From: Pyrodictiaceae archaeon
GTDB lineage: Archaea > Thermoproteota > Thermoprotei_A > Sulfolobales > Pyrodictiaceae
Reading direction: 5' to 3'
Length of the DNA stretch: 64,000 nt
Assembly: GCA_027036135.1 (NCBI GenBank)
Contig: JALVSY010000007.1
Location: 292,880-356,879, forward strand
Shown: positions 21,440 through 31,446 of the stretch, piece by piece
Layout: the number at the start of each line of letters is the position of its first letter
How positions within the stretch are numbered: the stretch's first letter is position 1
Notes under the pieces: generated by a model
The model's database searches: none
Seen by the model: the letters and a program-made list of their open reading frames with translations, nothing else
What the model was told of the DNA's origin: nothing
Made by a program: the position numbers and the translations under genes

Positions 21440-21790
21440 GTGAGCTGGAAGGACCCCCAGACGCGCAAGGATATCGTATACTTATTAACTATGCTTGTAC
21501 CGATTGGCTATACTGTTACATACTCTGTACTAGCAAGGCTTAGTGGTACTTCTCCCAGAGCCGTAGGTACCTATATGCGCCAAAACAGAGACTTGGTAGT
21601 GGTACCTTGTCATCGGGTTGTATCTCTACGAGGACTAGGAGGCTATAGTAAAGGAATAGAATTTAAGGAGCGCCTACTACGCATAGAGAGAGCACTTGAG
21701 AACTCTTCACTTAAACGTATTAGCAGCGTTGAGGAGTTCTGGGAAATAGTTGAAGAGAATGGAGAACCTATAGATGTTGATGATCCCTAA
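21440..21790 (+). CDS. MGMT/Ogt family alkyltransferase, C-terminal domain only
   Basis: VTYS..A, RAVG, VPCHRVV active site, GGY..G..K..LL..E. Confidence 0.85.
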   Translation: MSWKDPQTRKDIVYLLTMLVPIGYTVTYSVLARLSGTSPRAVGTYMRQNRDLVVVPCHRVVSLRGLGGYSKGIEFKERLLRIERALENSSLKRISSVEEFWEIVEENGEPIDVDDP

Positions 21791-21799
21791 GTAGCTTTT

Positions 21800-21857
21800 G
21801 TGCTCAGTCCACAGGGAATTCATCACGTGTTTCCTCAGCTAGGTGTTGGCTCAGCAC
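21800..21857 (-). ncRNA. C/D box sRNA; D' guide complementary to 16S rRNA CTAGGTGTTGG
   Basis: C GTGCTGA, guide GCCAACACCTAG, D' CTGA, C' GTGATGA, guide ATTCCCTGTGGA, D CTGA. Confidence 0.8.
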
Positions 21858-21858
21858 C

Positions 21859-21913
21859 CGCAATGATGAAGGCCTTTGGGCCCGAAATATGAGGCTTGCC
21901 TAATGGCGGAGCG
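21859..21913 (+). ncRNA. C/D box sRNA
   Basis: CGC/GCG stem, C ATGATGA, 12-nt guide, D' CCGA, C' ATGAGG, D CGGA (CTGA also present at 21914). Confidence 0.7.
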
Positions 21914-21932
21914 CTGAGCAGCCAGGAGTAAT

Positions 21933-21999
21933 GGGGTCGGTCCTGGCCACTTTATTCATCCCTATACGAGGTCATCTAAAGGGTGCGCTCCTCAACCCC
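21933..21999 (-). ncRNA. C/D box sRNA candidate
   Basis: GGGG/CCCC stem, C TTGAGGA, guide GCGCACCCTTTAG, D' ATGA, C' GATGA, D CCGA. Confidence 0.6.
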
Positions 22000-22174
22000 C
22001 TCTTTATCTTACGGGAAAAGGCAAGTTTTTCTTAGTAGCTGGTAGGACTTAAGTATGCTATTCAGTATACTTCTTATGTGCTACCAGGGTGCGCTAGTAA
22101 AAACCGTAGACTGTAGTAAGGGTAAGGGTTGCAGCAGTTATTAGCCCGGCTGTGTTAACACGTGCATCAAAAGA

Positions 22175-23335
22175 GTGGGGGATAAGTGTTTGCAGCAAAT
22201 AAGCCTGAGAACTGTTAGGGGCAAACGCTGGAGATTCCGAATAGATGACTTCCCTGAACCGTATAGAACTCTGTACAAGATCCTAGAGAAGCAAGGCTAC
22301 ATAATAATTGGAAGGCATAGTGCCTATAAGAAGTGCCACTGGACACATGCAGCCATAGTCGAAGAACGCTTTTGCTATAAGTGTAAGTTCTATGGTATTG
22401 CTAGCCACCAGTGTATACAGATGACACCAGCTGCTCTCTGGTGCTGGAATGCATGTCTGCATTGCTGGCGTTTGAGGCCAACTGATACACTTAAATTTGA
22501 TGAAACAAAGCTACCATGGGTAGATGACCCCGAACTCATTGTTGAGGGGAGTATCGAGGCTCACAGAGAATCAGTTATGGGGTATCTTGGCCACCCACGC
22601 CTCGATGACAGAATGCGTAAAAGAATAGAGGAAGCAATGAATCCGCGCCATGCCGCAATCAGTCTTACGGGTGAGCCCGCTCTATATCCGCGCCTAGACG
22701 AACTCATCAAGGAGTACCATAGACGTGGAATAACAACGTTTCTCGTCACGCGGGGAGTAAGACCCGATGTTCTAGCCAACCTAGGAGAGGAGCCAACACA
22801 GCTATATATAAGCATAGAGGCATGGGATAAGGATAGCTATAATAAGTTTAACAGACCGCTAGTACCGCGAGCATGGGAGCTTACCTGGAAAACACTAGAG
22901 CTCTTACCAAGCTTTTCAAGTCCGACAGTGATAAGATTTACTCTTGTAAGGAGCTTCAATATCCACGACCAGGCACTCAAAGCCTGGGCAAAAATGGTAG
23001 AGGTATCCCAGCCAACATATATTGAGCTAAAATCCTATATGTACGTTGGCGCGTCTAGACAAAGGCTCAGAAAGGAGGATATGCTAAAACACTTAGAGGT
23101 ACTACGCATAGCCAAGAAATTCGCAGACATGACTGGATACAAGATAGTCTCCCAACAAATAGAGAGCAGAGTAGTCCTACTATCTAGACTTAATAAACCA
23201 ATCCGCGTCGGCGAAGGATGCCCCAAGGGATGGATTAAGGAGAAAGAACGACTAGAAGCTATGCTCGAGGAGCTTGAGAGACATCCCGAGCTGGAAGGCC
23301 TAGAGTACAAGATGGTTGAAGAAAGTAAGATCTAG
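22175..23335 (+). CDS. taw1: 4-demethylwyosine synthase Taw1 (radical SAM)
   Basis: HSAYKKCHW, CYKCKFYGI, CWNACLHCWR CX3CX2C motif and AISLTGEP. Confidence 0.93.
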   Translation: MGDKCLQQISLRTVRGKRWRFRIDDFPEPYRTLYKILEKQGYIIIGRHSAYKKCHWTHAAIVEERFCYKCKFYGIASHQCIQMTPAALWCWNACLHCWRLRPTDTLKFDETKLPWVDDPELIVEGSIEAHRESVMGYLGHPRLDDRMRKRIEEAMNPRHAAISLTGEPALYPRLDELIKEYHRRGITTFLVTRGVRPDVLANLGEEPTQLYISIEAWDKDSYNKFNRPLVPRAWELTWKTLELLPSFSSPTVIRFTLVRSFNIHDQALKAWAKMVEVSQPTYIELKSYMYVGASRQRLRKEDMLKHLEVLRIAKKFADMTGYKIVSQQIESRVVLLSRLNKPIRVGEGCPKGWIKEKERLEAMLEELERHPELEGLEYKMVEESKI

Positions 23336-24063
23336 GACTCTTCCTTCTTTTTTCTAAGCCCATATCTCTGTATTATCTCATATAGCCTCTTAGCCTTCAT
23401 AGTGTATAGCCTTATCCGGGTACCCTTAGGCTCTATTATCTCCACATAGCCTTTAGCCTCATTTACCTCTACTCTAGTACCCTCCGGCAAAGGAAAGCCA
23501 ATAATCCTCCCAAGTGACCCCTTAAGCAATATACCTTTATCCGTCACAACAAATCCCTTGGGAACCATTGGCACGATGAGTTTATCTCCAACACCACCAC
23601 GTCTCTGTATTAGGAAGCTTACTATTGTCATTAACTCGAAGAGCGAGAGCCATATGATAAACCCGGCAACAGTATTGCTGGGAGCACCAATACTCTTAAG
23701 TAACCCAACAAGGCTCTTGTAATAGTACCTCACGACATAGAATAATGGAAGATAGAGGATTAATACAACAAAGGACATCATTGATACCTTCATCTGCTTA
23801 GAATATAGAGCAAGAAGCTCCTCATCCTCCATCGCCAGCTGGAACGCGTTTTCCTCGCGTAGCAACTGCCTAGCTCTCTCAATATCGGCTCTCGTAACAC
23901 TTGTTTTAACGCCGCCACGTGCACTATATGCACTTAAACCCATCATTAAGCCTAGATAGATTAGGAAGAGAAGCCACACATACCTCGGAAACGCTACGAA
24001 AGCATAAGCGAGTATTACTATGTAGACCTGGCTTATAAGCATCATAGTGCGTCTCGATAACAC
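23332..24063 (-). CDS. DUF2208-like crenarchaeal membrane protein
   Basis: About 4 TM helices, LISQV N-terminus, C-terminal V.DKGI..RIRLY domain. Confidence 0.65.
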   Translation of the reverse strand: MLSRRTMMLISQVYIVILAYAFVAFPRYVWLLFLIYLGLMMGLSAYSARGGVKTSVTRADIERARQLLREENAFQLAMEDEELLALYSKQMKVSMMSFVVLILYLPLFYVVRYYYKSLVGLLKSIGAPSNTVAGFIIWLSLFELMTIVSFLIQRRGGVGDKLIVPMVPKGFVVTDKGILLKGSLGRIIGFPLPEGTRVEVNEAKGYVEIIEPKGTRIRLYTMKAKRLYEIIQRYGLRKKKEES

Positions 24064-24136
24064 GCTACTAGACCCCCTAGAAACAGGGCTGTATAAGGCA
24101 CCCTATAAAATTAGACCCACCTGGAACTAGAATACC

Positions 24137-24199
24137 GCAATGATGAAATAGAGGGGGCAGAGCAGCTATAATGCGATGAAGATCACGGCTGAGCGCTGA
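24137..24199 (+). ncRNA. C/D box sRNA
   Basis: C ATGATGA (24140), D' CAGA, C' GCGATGA, D CTGA (24189 or 24196). Confidence 0.7.
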
Positions 24200-24201
24200 T
24201 A

Positions 24202-24275
24202 AGCCTCGGTGTGGACGAGCACTATCATTGCCCCATGTAGGGGCTGTACTAGGCCTGCGTGTAACCTCATCGGCT
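24202..24275 (-). ncRNA. C/D box sRNA candidate
   Basis: AGCC/GGCT stem, C GATGAGG, internal GCCCC/GGGGC hairpin, C' ATGATA, D CCGA; D' unclear. Confidence 0.5.
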
Positions 24276-24362
24276 CCAAGTAGAGGTTAGCATAGGGTCC
24301 CGGGAATCCTTAAATAAACCGCTACTCGTACTTAACCGGAAACTCTATACATGGGATAACGC

Positions 24363-24470
24363 GCCGCCGTAGCTCAGCGGGCAGAGCACCGGCCTCGTAA
24401 GCACCCCGCTGCTGTCCGCGGGTTCCGAGGGAGCCGGGGGTCCCGGGTTCAAATCCCGGCGGCGGCTCCA
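24363..24470 (+). tRNA. tRNA-Thr(CGT) with 32-nt intron at 37/38 (24400-24431)
   Basis: GCCGCCG/CGGCGGC acceptor stem, CCGGC-CT-CGT-A[intron]A-GCCGG, GTTCAAATCC T-loop, U73, CCA; CTCG/CGAG central helix of the BHB motif. Confidence 0.93.
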
Positions 24471-24581
24471 CTGCGGGCCTTCTACCCCATTCCCCATCCC
24501 CTAACACTTTTCATAATTTCATAATAAAGAATTACAACACACTTCTTGAGAAAAACTTTTGCCTAGATGTCTAAGTAATGA

Positions 24582-24650
24582 GGGCTCCGCTACCCCGGAG
24601 AGAGACATCCCCCTCAGGGGTTCCTTTGGCATGACTTTCTTCATTGCCCC
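24582..24650 (-). ncRNA. C/D box sRNA; D guide complementary to 23S rRNA CUACCCCGGGGA
   Basis: GGGC/GCCC stem, C ATGAAGA, D' CTGA, C' GGATGT, guide TCTCCGGGGTAG, D CGGA. Confidence 0.65.
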
Positions 24651-24732
24651 TAGTAGCTTCAAGGACTACATGGTCGCGTTTTGCTTCGTTTCAGGTAGTT
24701 TCTCGGTGTACCTGGTGCTATAGTTTTAGCGG

Positions 24733-26145
24733 ATGCCCCTAGGAATAGTAGAGCGAGGAGGACAAAGAGTGATGCTACCCTGGGCACCAAGTGCTAATAA
24801 GAAAGACAGGGAGTATATGCTAAAGACTATTGGTGTTAGCGATGCCTTGGAACTCTATAGCGATGTGCCATCCAAGGCTTTGCTAAGGAAACCGCCCATG
24901 GTTGGTTTTGGAAGGATTCTATCCGAATGGGAGCTCATAAGAATGGTTAACGATATTCTTGACAAGAACAAGTACTTTACTTCACCGCCGCCCTTTCTAG
25001 GCGGGGGCATTTGTTTCCACTACGTACCCGCTGTTATAGATTCGGTGATTTCGCGTAATGAGTTCTATACCGCCTATACTCCTTACCAGCCTGAAATAAA
25101 TCAAGGCCTTCTACAAGCCTTCTTCGAGTATCAGAGTCTCATGGCTGATCTTCTCGAGATGGACGTAGTTAACGTGTCTATGTACGACTGGAGCACGGCG
25201 GCAGCCGAGGCGATGCTTGCTGCTTTGCGAGTTACGCGTAGAAAGAAAGTTCTCGTAGCCAACAATGTTCATCCCGAGCACCTAGAGGTTATTAGGACAT
25301 GGCTACTGGGTAAGAACGTTGAGATAAGAACCATAGGCTTTGATGAGGAGACAGGCACTATCAAGCTAGAAGAGCTAGAGAGAAATATAGACAATGGTAC
25401 CGCTGCAGTTTATATCGAGTCGCCCAACTACTTTGGAGTACTTGAACAAGGGCTAGAAGCTGTAGCGGATATAGCTCATAAGAATGGAGCACTCTTTGTT
25501 GTAGGAGTTGAACCACTGAGTCTCGGTCTTATACGGCCACCCGGGAGCTATGGAGCCGACATAGTTGTTGGTGATGCACAGCCTCTGGGTATTGGGTTAA
25601 ACTACGGCGGACCCTTGCTCGGCATCTATGCTACTAGGTGGGATAGGAAACTCGTAAGACAGATGCCTGGCAGGCTTATCGGCCTAACAAGGACAGTTGA
25701 TGGAGAGGAACAAGGCTTCGTAATGATACTACAGACTAGAGAGCAGCACATACGTAGAGAGAAAGCAACCTCAAACATAACGAGCAACGAGGCATTACTC
25801 GCTGTAGCTGCAGCGGCATTCCTCACACTCCTAGGCGGAAAAGGGCTAAGGGAATTAGCAAGAACTATATGGATCCGAAGCCACTATGCAGCTAAGAAGC
25901 TACGAGGTATCGGTGTAGAAGCACCGTATTTTAGCTCCGAGTTTTTCAAGGAATTTGTTGCGAGGTTCCCCAAGCCATATAGTGAGATACACAAGCACAT
26001 ACGCTCAAAGAGCATAATGGGTGGCCTCTATCTAGGCGATAAGCCACCACTCTATGATAAGCATTCAGCGCTTTTCTGCGTAACGGAGGCACACAGCAAG
26101 AAGGACATTGATCTCCTTGTTACAACCATAGGTGAGGCGCTATGA
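24733..26145 (+). CDS. gcvPA: Glycine dehydrogenase subunit 1
   Basis: YTAYTPYQPEINQG, LQTREQHIRREKATSNI motifs; true start probably 24769/24772 after GAGGAGG. Confidence 0.95.
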   Translation: MPLGIVERGGQRVMLPWAPSANKKDREYMLKTIGVSDALELYSDVPSKALLRKPPMVGFGRILSEWELIRMVNDILDKNKYFTSPPPFLGGGICFHYVPAVIDSVISRNEFYTAYTPYQPEINQGLLQAFFEYQSLMADLLEMDVVNVSMYDWSTAAAEAMLAALRVTRRKKVLVANNVHPEHLEVIRTWLLGKNVEIRTIGFDEETGTIKLEELERNIDNGTAAVYIESPNYFGVLEQGLEAVADIAHKNGALFVVGVEPLSLGLIRPPGSYGADIVVGDAQPLGIGLNYGGPLLGIYATRWDRKLVRQMPGRLIGLTRTVDGEEQGFVMILQTREQHIRREKATSNITSNEALLAVAAAAFLTLLGGKGLRELARTIWIRSHYAAKKLRGIGVEAPYFSSEFFKEFVARFPKPYSEIHKHIRSKSIMGGLYLGDKPPLYDKHSALFCVTEAHSKKDIDLLVTTIGEAL

Positions 26146-27704
26146 CTGGGCTGAGAAAGGGATGGAGACAAGCCAAGTGGGAGGAACCACTAGTATATGA
26201 TATAGGTGATCCAGAGAGAACTGGCTACATAATACCCTTCAGGGATGAAGAAGAGGAAATGCTTAGAGAACTCGGCTCCGAGCCCGAGGAGGCGCTCAAA
26301 GGAAAAGGATTACTGCGGGAAGAAGCACCGCCGCTACCGGGTATGAGCGAGGTCGAGGTTGTGCGCCATTTTACTCGGTTAAGCCAAATGAGCTACGGAG
26401 TCGATGTTGGCCCTGTCCCGCTCGGCTCATGTACAATGAAGTATAATCCCAAGATTAGCGAGGCTATAGTAAGAGATCCTCGCATAGCTTATCTTCACCC
26501 ATACCAGGACGAGGATACCGTCCAAGGGCTACTAGAGATACTATACCTTCTTGAGAAGTGGCTCGCTGAGCTAACCGGAATGGATAGGTGCAGCCTACAA
26601 CTCCCAGCAGGTGCTGCTGGCGAGCTGACGGGCGCACTAATGATTAAGAAGTATTTTAGCGACCAAGGCGAGAACCGCGACGAGATGCTCATACCTGACT
26701 CGGCACACGGCACTAACCCAGCTAGCGCAGCCATGGCCGGATTCAAGGTAATAAGGATACCATCGACTCAGAGCGGAACAGTTGATCTCAAGGCCGTAGA
26801 AGCTGTACTAGGTCCCCGTGTCGCCGGGATGATGCTAACAAACCCCAATACCCTTGGTATATTCGAGGATAAAATACTAGAGCTGGCCGACATGCTTCAC
26901 TCTAATAACTCGCTACTATACTATGATGGGGCAAACCTCAATGGCATAATGGGGCTGGTAAGGCCAGGCGACATGGGCTTCGACATAGTTCACCTAAACC
27001 TGCATAAGACATTCTCAACACCCCATGGCGGGGGAGGCCCCGGAGCTGGCGTAGTGTGCGCCAAGGAGCCTCTCGTTGATTACCTGCCACGGCCACTAGT
27101 GGAGAAGAAGGGCGACAAATACTACTGGGATTATAGATGCGAAAAATGTATTGGTAGAATGAGGGCCTATTACGGTAATATAGTGCCTCTTGTAAAGGCG
27201 TTCCTCTACATAGCCTCACTAGGCGGAGAAGGGCTAAGAGAAACAGCTATACAGAGCGTGATAAACACGAACTATTTTATAGCCTTAATAAGAGGTGCCA
27301 AAGGCTACGAGCTGCCATATGATCCTACGAGGCCTAGGAAGCACGAGGTCGTTATATCAGCCAGGCCACTAGAGAGGGAGACGGGAGTAAGAGCACTCGA
27401 TGTAGCCAAAGCATTACTGGACGAAGGCCTGCACGCTCCCACGATATACTTCCCGTTAATTGTTGACGAAGCACTCATGATAGAATTTACTGAGTCGGAG
27501 CCCCGCTGCGAAATAGAGAGATACGCTAATGTCTTAAAGAAAATCGCTGAAAAAGCCTACAAGAACCCTGAGGAAGTCAAGAAGACGCCGCGAAACACGG
27601 CAGTAACTAGACTTGACGACGTAGCCGCTAACCATCCTAGAAGCGTTACACCAACATACAGGGTGCTACTCAGGAGGCTCAAAGGCGAGAAGCTAATCCT
27701 CTAG
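26142..27704 (+). CDS. gcvPB: Glycine dehydrogenase subunit 2
   Basis: PLGSCTMKYNP, SAHGTNPASA and HLNLHKTFSTPHGGGGPG (PLP lysine) motifs. Confidence 0.96.
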   Translation: MTGLRKGWRQAKWEEPLVYDIGDPERTGYIIPFRDEEEEMLRELGSEPEEALKGKGLLREEAPPLPGMSEVEVVRHFTRLSQMSYGVDVGPVPLGSCTMKYNPKISEAIVRDPRIAYLHPYQDEDTVQGLLEILYLLEKWLAELTGMDRCSLQLPAGAAGELTGALMIKKYFSDQGENRDEMLIPDSAHGTNPASAAMAGFKVIRIPSTQSGTVDLKAVEAVLGPRVAGMMLTNPNTLGIFEDKILELADMLHSNNSLLYYDGANLNGIMGLVRPGDMGFDIVHLNLHKTFSTPHGGGGPGAGVVCAKEPLVDYLPRPLVEKKGDKYYWDYRCEKCIGRMRAYYGNIVPLVKAFLYIASLGGEGLRETAIQSVINTNYFIALIRGAKGYELPYDPTRPRKHEVVISARPLERETGVRALDVAKALLDEGLHAPTIYFPLIVDEALMIEFTESEPRCEIERYANVLKKIAEKAYKNPEEVKKTPRNTAVTRLDDVAANHPRSVTPTYRVLLRRLKGEKLIL

Positions 27705-28193
27705 AAGAACTTCTTCACCATATATCGTTTTTACAAGCTTTATTACGTACCTAGAATATTTATCAACAATATCCTTAGGAACCTGGCGTGCCCTCGGGCA
27801 CAAGGGGTCAATGATGACTCCTTCACCAGGAACATATACTAGAGGATACAACCTACACCCTAGAGGCCTATATGGATAAATCTTGCACCTACCAGTACGA
27901 GGATCTAGGAAAACACAATGCCCGTTCACGTTACGTAGCCGGGGTATCCTGTTTTCATCTACTTGGACGAAGTAGCTACGGGGATACCCTAGCTTCTCGA
28001 TACGCTCTATGTCTTCCTTTGTTAGCGGCATCTCAGTGTTATAGCAGCACTTAGCACAATACTTTCCTCCAGGTAGTCTGCAGTCAATATTGACCGAGAA
28101 GTGATCGCTAAAACCTGGTGAAGAGTACCCGCGGTCTTTCTTGCGATAATCTTTTCTCGATCTCCTCTCGTGAAGGTGCACTCTGGGCACCAC
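27693..28193 (-). CDS. YkgJ family cysteine-cluster (Fe-S/Zn) protein
   Basis: C..CAKCC, CVFLD, CKIY..RP.GCRLYP motifs; start uncertain. Confidence 0.85.
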   Translation of the reverse strand: MVPRVHLHERRSRKDYRKKDRGYSSPGFSDHFSVNIDCRLPGGKYCAKCCYNTEMPLTKEDIERIEKLGYPRSYFVQVDENRIPRLRNVNGHCVFLDPRTGRCKIYPYRPLGCRLYPLVYVPGEGVIIDPLCPRARQVPKDIVDKYSRYVIKLVKTIYGEEVLLED

Positions 28194-29025
28194 GCTTCAT
28201 TATTTTAAGCCCAGCAGCTATGCTAGCAGCCCGTAGTGCCTCTGATATGTTCTTACCTTCTGCTATATACGAGTTAAGTACGGATATGAAAACGTCGCCT
28301 GCCCCAGTTGTGTCTACGACTCTGCCCTCGGTATAGGCCTCGACAAAGTAGTAGCCTTCTCTAGTAACGAGTACAGCGCCCTGAGCTCCCTTCTTAAGCA
28401 AAATGTAGGTAAGCCTTCCTCTAAGCTTTTGAGCAAGTTCCTCTGGCTCGGATGAACCAAATATGAGGTCTGCTTCTACACGGTTCACAGCAATTAGGTC
28501 TACTAAGTTTGTTACCTCGTTTAACAGTTTACTCCCATACTGCCGGGCTATGCGGCCCCCAGGATCATAGCTAATAAATGATGAACTAATGCTTCTGGTA
28601 GCGCGCTTTACTATCTCGGGTTCACGGCTTGCTATATGTAGAATATCTGCCTCCGTGCTTGCCTCGTCTCCTCTGAGTAATAGATTAGCGCCACGCATGG
28701 TAGCCATTGCCCGCTTACCGTTCTGCGAGACCAGGATAACTACTATGCCCGGTTGCTTATCCCTATGGATAACGACGTGGTCTGTTTTTACTCCACTCTC
28801 TTTTAGCGCCTCTAGGAGAAAGGCTCCAAGCCCCTGTAGCCCCAGGTGTCCCACCAAGTAGGCCTCGTGGCCAAGACGTGCAGCTGCTACTGCATAGTTT
28901 GCCGCCGCGCCGCCGGGCCCCATGTATAGCTCTAGTGCCGTAGCGTCTTCATCGGGTCCCGGTATGTGGTCAACAACTACGTAAATGTCGAGATTAATGT
29001 TGCCTATTGCAACATGCCTCTTCAT
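28108..29025 (-). CDS. PfkB family carbohydrate/nucleoside kinase
   Basis: GGAAANYA, NRVEA, KKGAQGA and DTTGAGD motifs. Confidence 0.92.
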   Translation of the reverse strand: MKRHVAIGNINLDIYVVVDHIPGPDEDATALELYMGPGGAAANYAVAAARLGHEAYLVGHLGLQGLGAFLLEALKESGVKTDHVVIHRDKQPGIVVILVSQNGKRAMATMRGANLLLRGDEASTEADILHIASREPEIVKRATRSISSSFISYDPGGRIARQYGSKLLNEVTNLVDLIAVNRVEADLIFGSSEPEELAQKLRGRLTYILLKKGAQGAVLVTREGYYFVEAYTEGRVVDTTGAGDVFISVLNSYIAEGKNISEALRAASIAAGLKIMKRGAQSAPSREEIEKRLSQERPRVLFTRF

Positions 29026-29126
29026 AGCTACTCACGCATATGTGGTGCGCAGGTACGATGTAGTAAAGTGTTTAGAAATTTATTATTTGTCTGTGACGCG
29101 GCTATTTTAGCCCAGAGGGGCAGGCT

Positions 29127-30851
29127 ATGGCGAAGTGGATTGTAGCGTCTGCATGGCCATATGTTAACAACGTCCCGCATCTAGGTAACCTAATAGGCTC
29201 TATATTATCCGCTGACGTTTTCGCTAGGTACCTTAGGCTAAAGGGTGAGGACGTTATCTTTGTTAGTGGTAGCGATGAGCACGGAACACCTATAGAGATA
29301 GAGGCTATTAAGAGAGGCGTACATCCTAAACAGCTAACCGATCAAGCGCATGAATATATAACAGCTCTCTTCAAGCAGTACGGTATTAGCTTTGACAACT
29401 ATACCCGCACCGAGAGCGACGTGCATAAAGAGTTCGTTAAAGAATTTATGATGAAGCTCTACAATAATGGTTATATCTTTACGCAGGACGATATTCTTCC
29501 CTATTGTCCACGTGACAAGATGTTCTTACCCGACCGCTTTGTTGTCGGAACTTGTCCCTATTGTGGCTACCCTAATGCGCATGGGGACCAATGCGACAAT
29601 TGTGGAAGACTCTTACACCCAACAGAACTAATAAACCCTAGGTGCGCTATATGCGGAGGACCCGTAGAGTTCAGGAAGAGCAAGCACTGGTTCTTCGACC
29701 TGCCAAAGCTACAAGAGAAGCTACTACAATGGCTAGAGAATAGCAATCTTCCACCAAAGGTCAAGAACTATAGCATTAATTGGGTAAAGGAGGGGTTGAA
29801 ACCCCGAAGCGTTACCCGTGACAACAAATGGGGAATACCTGCCCCCTTCCCAGGAGCAGAGGGGAAGACAATATACGTGTGGTTTGATGCCCTCCTAGGC
29901 TACATCTCTGCTACAAAGGAGTATGGGATCAGGATAAATGACCCAGAGCTCTGGAAACGTTATTGGTTCGGCAAAGAGACTAGAACTGTGTACTTCATAG
30001 GCAAGGATAACATACCGTTCCACTCCATAATATTCCCTGCAATGCTTATGGCTAGTGGCGATCCCTATGTACTGCCATGGTTTATATCAGCTACGGAGTA
30101 TCTCCTATTCAAGGGAGAACAATTCTCTAAGAGCAGGCGCTGGGGAATATGGATAGATGAGGCCTTAGAACTACTCCCTGCCGACTACTGGAGATTCGTG
30201 CTCATAAGGATCCGCCCAGAGACAAAGGATACCGACTTTACCTGGAAAGAACTCGTAAAGATAGTTAACAAGGACATGAACGACGATATCGGGAACTTCA
30301 TTCATAGAGTGCTAAGATTCACCGAGACCCGGTTCAATAGCACGGTTCCCGAGCCAGGCGAGTTCGGTGAAATAGACAAGGAGTACAGCGGGTACATAAA
30401 GAGTGCGCCGGGACGCGTCTCGGAGCAAATGGAGTCGTTCCGCCTCAAGCAGGCACTCGAGGAGGTCATAGAGCTTGCTCGTAGAGGGAACCAGTACCTA
30501 AACGCCAAGGCACCATGGGACGCTATAAAGAAGAACCCGAGCGACGCGGCTACAACAATCTATGTCTCCATAAATGCTGTAGCAACGCTCGCAGTCCTAC
30601 TAGCACCCTTCACGCCGAGCAGTGCTGAGAAGCTCTGGAAGATGCTGAACATGCCTGGCAGTGTGCACAAGAAGGGAGTATGGAGAGAGGTGGAAGGAAA
30701 GTTCCTAGTGAGTCCCGGGCACCGTATAGGGAAGCCGGAGCCACTCTTCCACAAGCTGCCAGCAGATTTTGCAGAGAAGGCACCCCAGCTATTAGAGAGC
30801 GCTCGTAAGAGGGTGATGGAGAAGCGGCCACCATTGCTGCGCTGGCAATAA
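29127..30851 (+). CDS. metG: Methionine--tRNA ligase (no C-terminal OB domain)
   Basis: [11 protein letters not shown], Zn knuckles, YVWFDA and QFSKS motifs. Confidence 0.97.
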   Translation: MAKWIVASAWPYVNNVPHLGNLIGSILSADVFARYLRLKGEDVIFVSGSDEHGTPIEIEAIKRGVHPKQLTDQAHEYITALFKQYGISFDNYTRTESDVHKEFVKEFMMKLYNNGYIFTQDDILPYCPRDKMFLPDRFVVGTCPYCGYPNAHGDQCDNCGRLLHPTELINPRCAICGGPVEFRKSKHWFFDLPKLQEKLLQWLENSNLPPKVKNYSINWVKEGLKPRSVTRDNKWGIPAPFPGAEGKTIYVWFDALLGYISATKEYGIRINDPELWKRYWFGKETRTVYFIGKDNIPFHSIIFPAMLMASGDPYVLPWFISATEYLLFKGEQFSKSRRWGIWIDEALELLPADYWRFVLIRIRPETKDTDFTWKELVKIVNKDMNDDIGNFIHRVLRFTETRFNSTVPEPGEFGEIDKEYSGYIKSAPGRVSEQMESFRLKQALEEVIELARRGNQYLNAKAPWDAIKKNPSDAATTIYVSINAVATLAVLLAPFTPSSAEKLWKMLNMPGSVHKKGVWREVEGKFLVSPGHRIGKPEPLFHKLPADFAEKAPQLLESARKRVMEKRPPLLRWQ

Positions 30852-30870
30852 CTGGTAGCGTGGCGAGACA

Positions 30871-31323
30871 ATGAGGAAGCGGCTTATCAGAATACGGGGA
30901 GGCGCATCCTATTTTAATAAATTGCTTGAAGAATATATACAAATGATTTATCGCTATAATTCCGTCATAAGGGAGACAGGTTACTACCTTAAACCAGTGC
31001 ATATAGTGACTAAGCATACAAGTGACGGTAAGAAGACATACATCTATGTGGGCAGGTACTGGTGGCGCATAAAGTACGTGGGTAAGCGAGGGAAAACCTC
31101 AAGAATAAAATGGATGTACATTGGGCGCGTAAAGCCACCCGAGCTAAGGGACTACCCAGACCCACCCCAGCACCCGTTAGTCGGACTAACCGTTGCAATT
31201 GATGGAGACGATCTCCTAGTTGACGAGAAGGCCTTGAGAAAATACCGCTGGGTATTCGAGCCACTACTAAAACAGCAGAGCGATGCCAATAAGAGCCCCA
31301 GTACAGACACAACCAATGGATAG
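30871..31323 (+). CDS. Hypothetical basic protein
   Basis: 150-aa ORF; Y/W/K/R-rich beta-hairpin region (GRYWW...KWMYIGR). Confidence 0.65.
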   Translation: MRKRLIRIRGGASYFNKLLEEYIQMIYRYNSVIRETGYYLKPVHIVTKHTSDGKKTYIYVGRYWWRIKYVGKRGKTSRIKWMYIGRVKPPELRDYPDPPQHPLVGLTVAIDGDDLLVDEKALRKYRWVFEPLLKQQSDANKSPSTDTTNG

Positions 31324-31328
31324 GAGGC

Positions 31329-31395
31329 GTGAGGAACCTTCCCCTCAGCAGAGCGACAAGCGATGAAGATGAGCCATCTTGGCGGCCGCCACCGA
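31329..31395 (+). ncRNA. C/D box sRNA candidate
   Basis: C GTGAGGA, 13-nt guide, D' CAGA, C' ATGAAGA, D CCGA; intergenic. Confidence 0.55.
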
Positions 31396-31446
31396 GAACA
31401 CGCTATCTCCTCCCACCTAGTTATCTAAGAACGATACTGGTGGACA

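Noticed and set aside
24322-24507. 61-aa ORF, and similar ORFs at 56007-56267
   Set aside because: They are antisense translations of tRNA genes
24590-24625. GGAGAG...CTCAGG upstream of gcvPA, suggesting a glycine riboswitch
   Set aside because: It lacks the GAAGG core and P2/P3 architecture and is better explained as the antisense of a C/D sRNA
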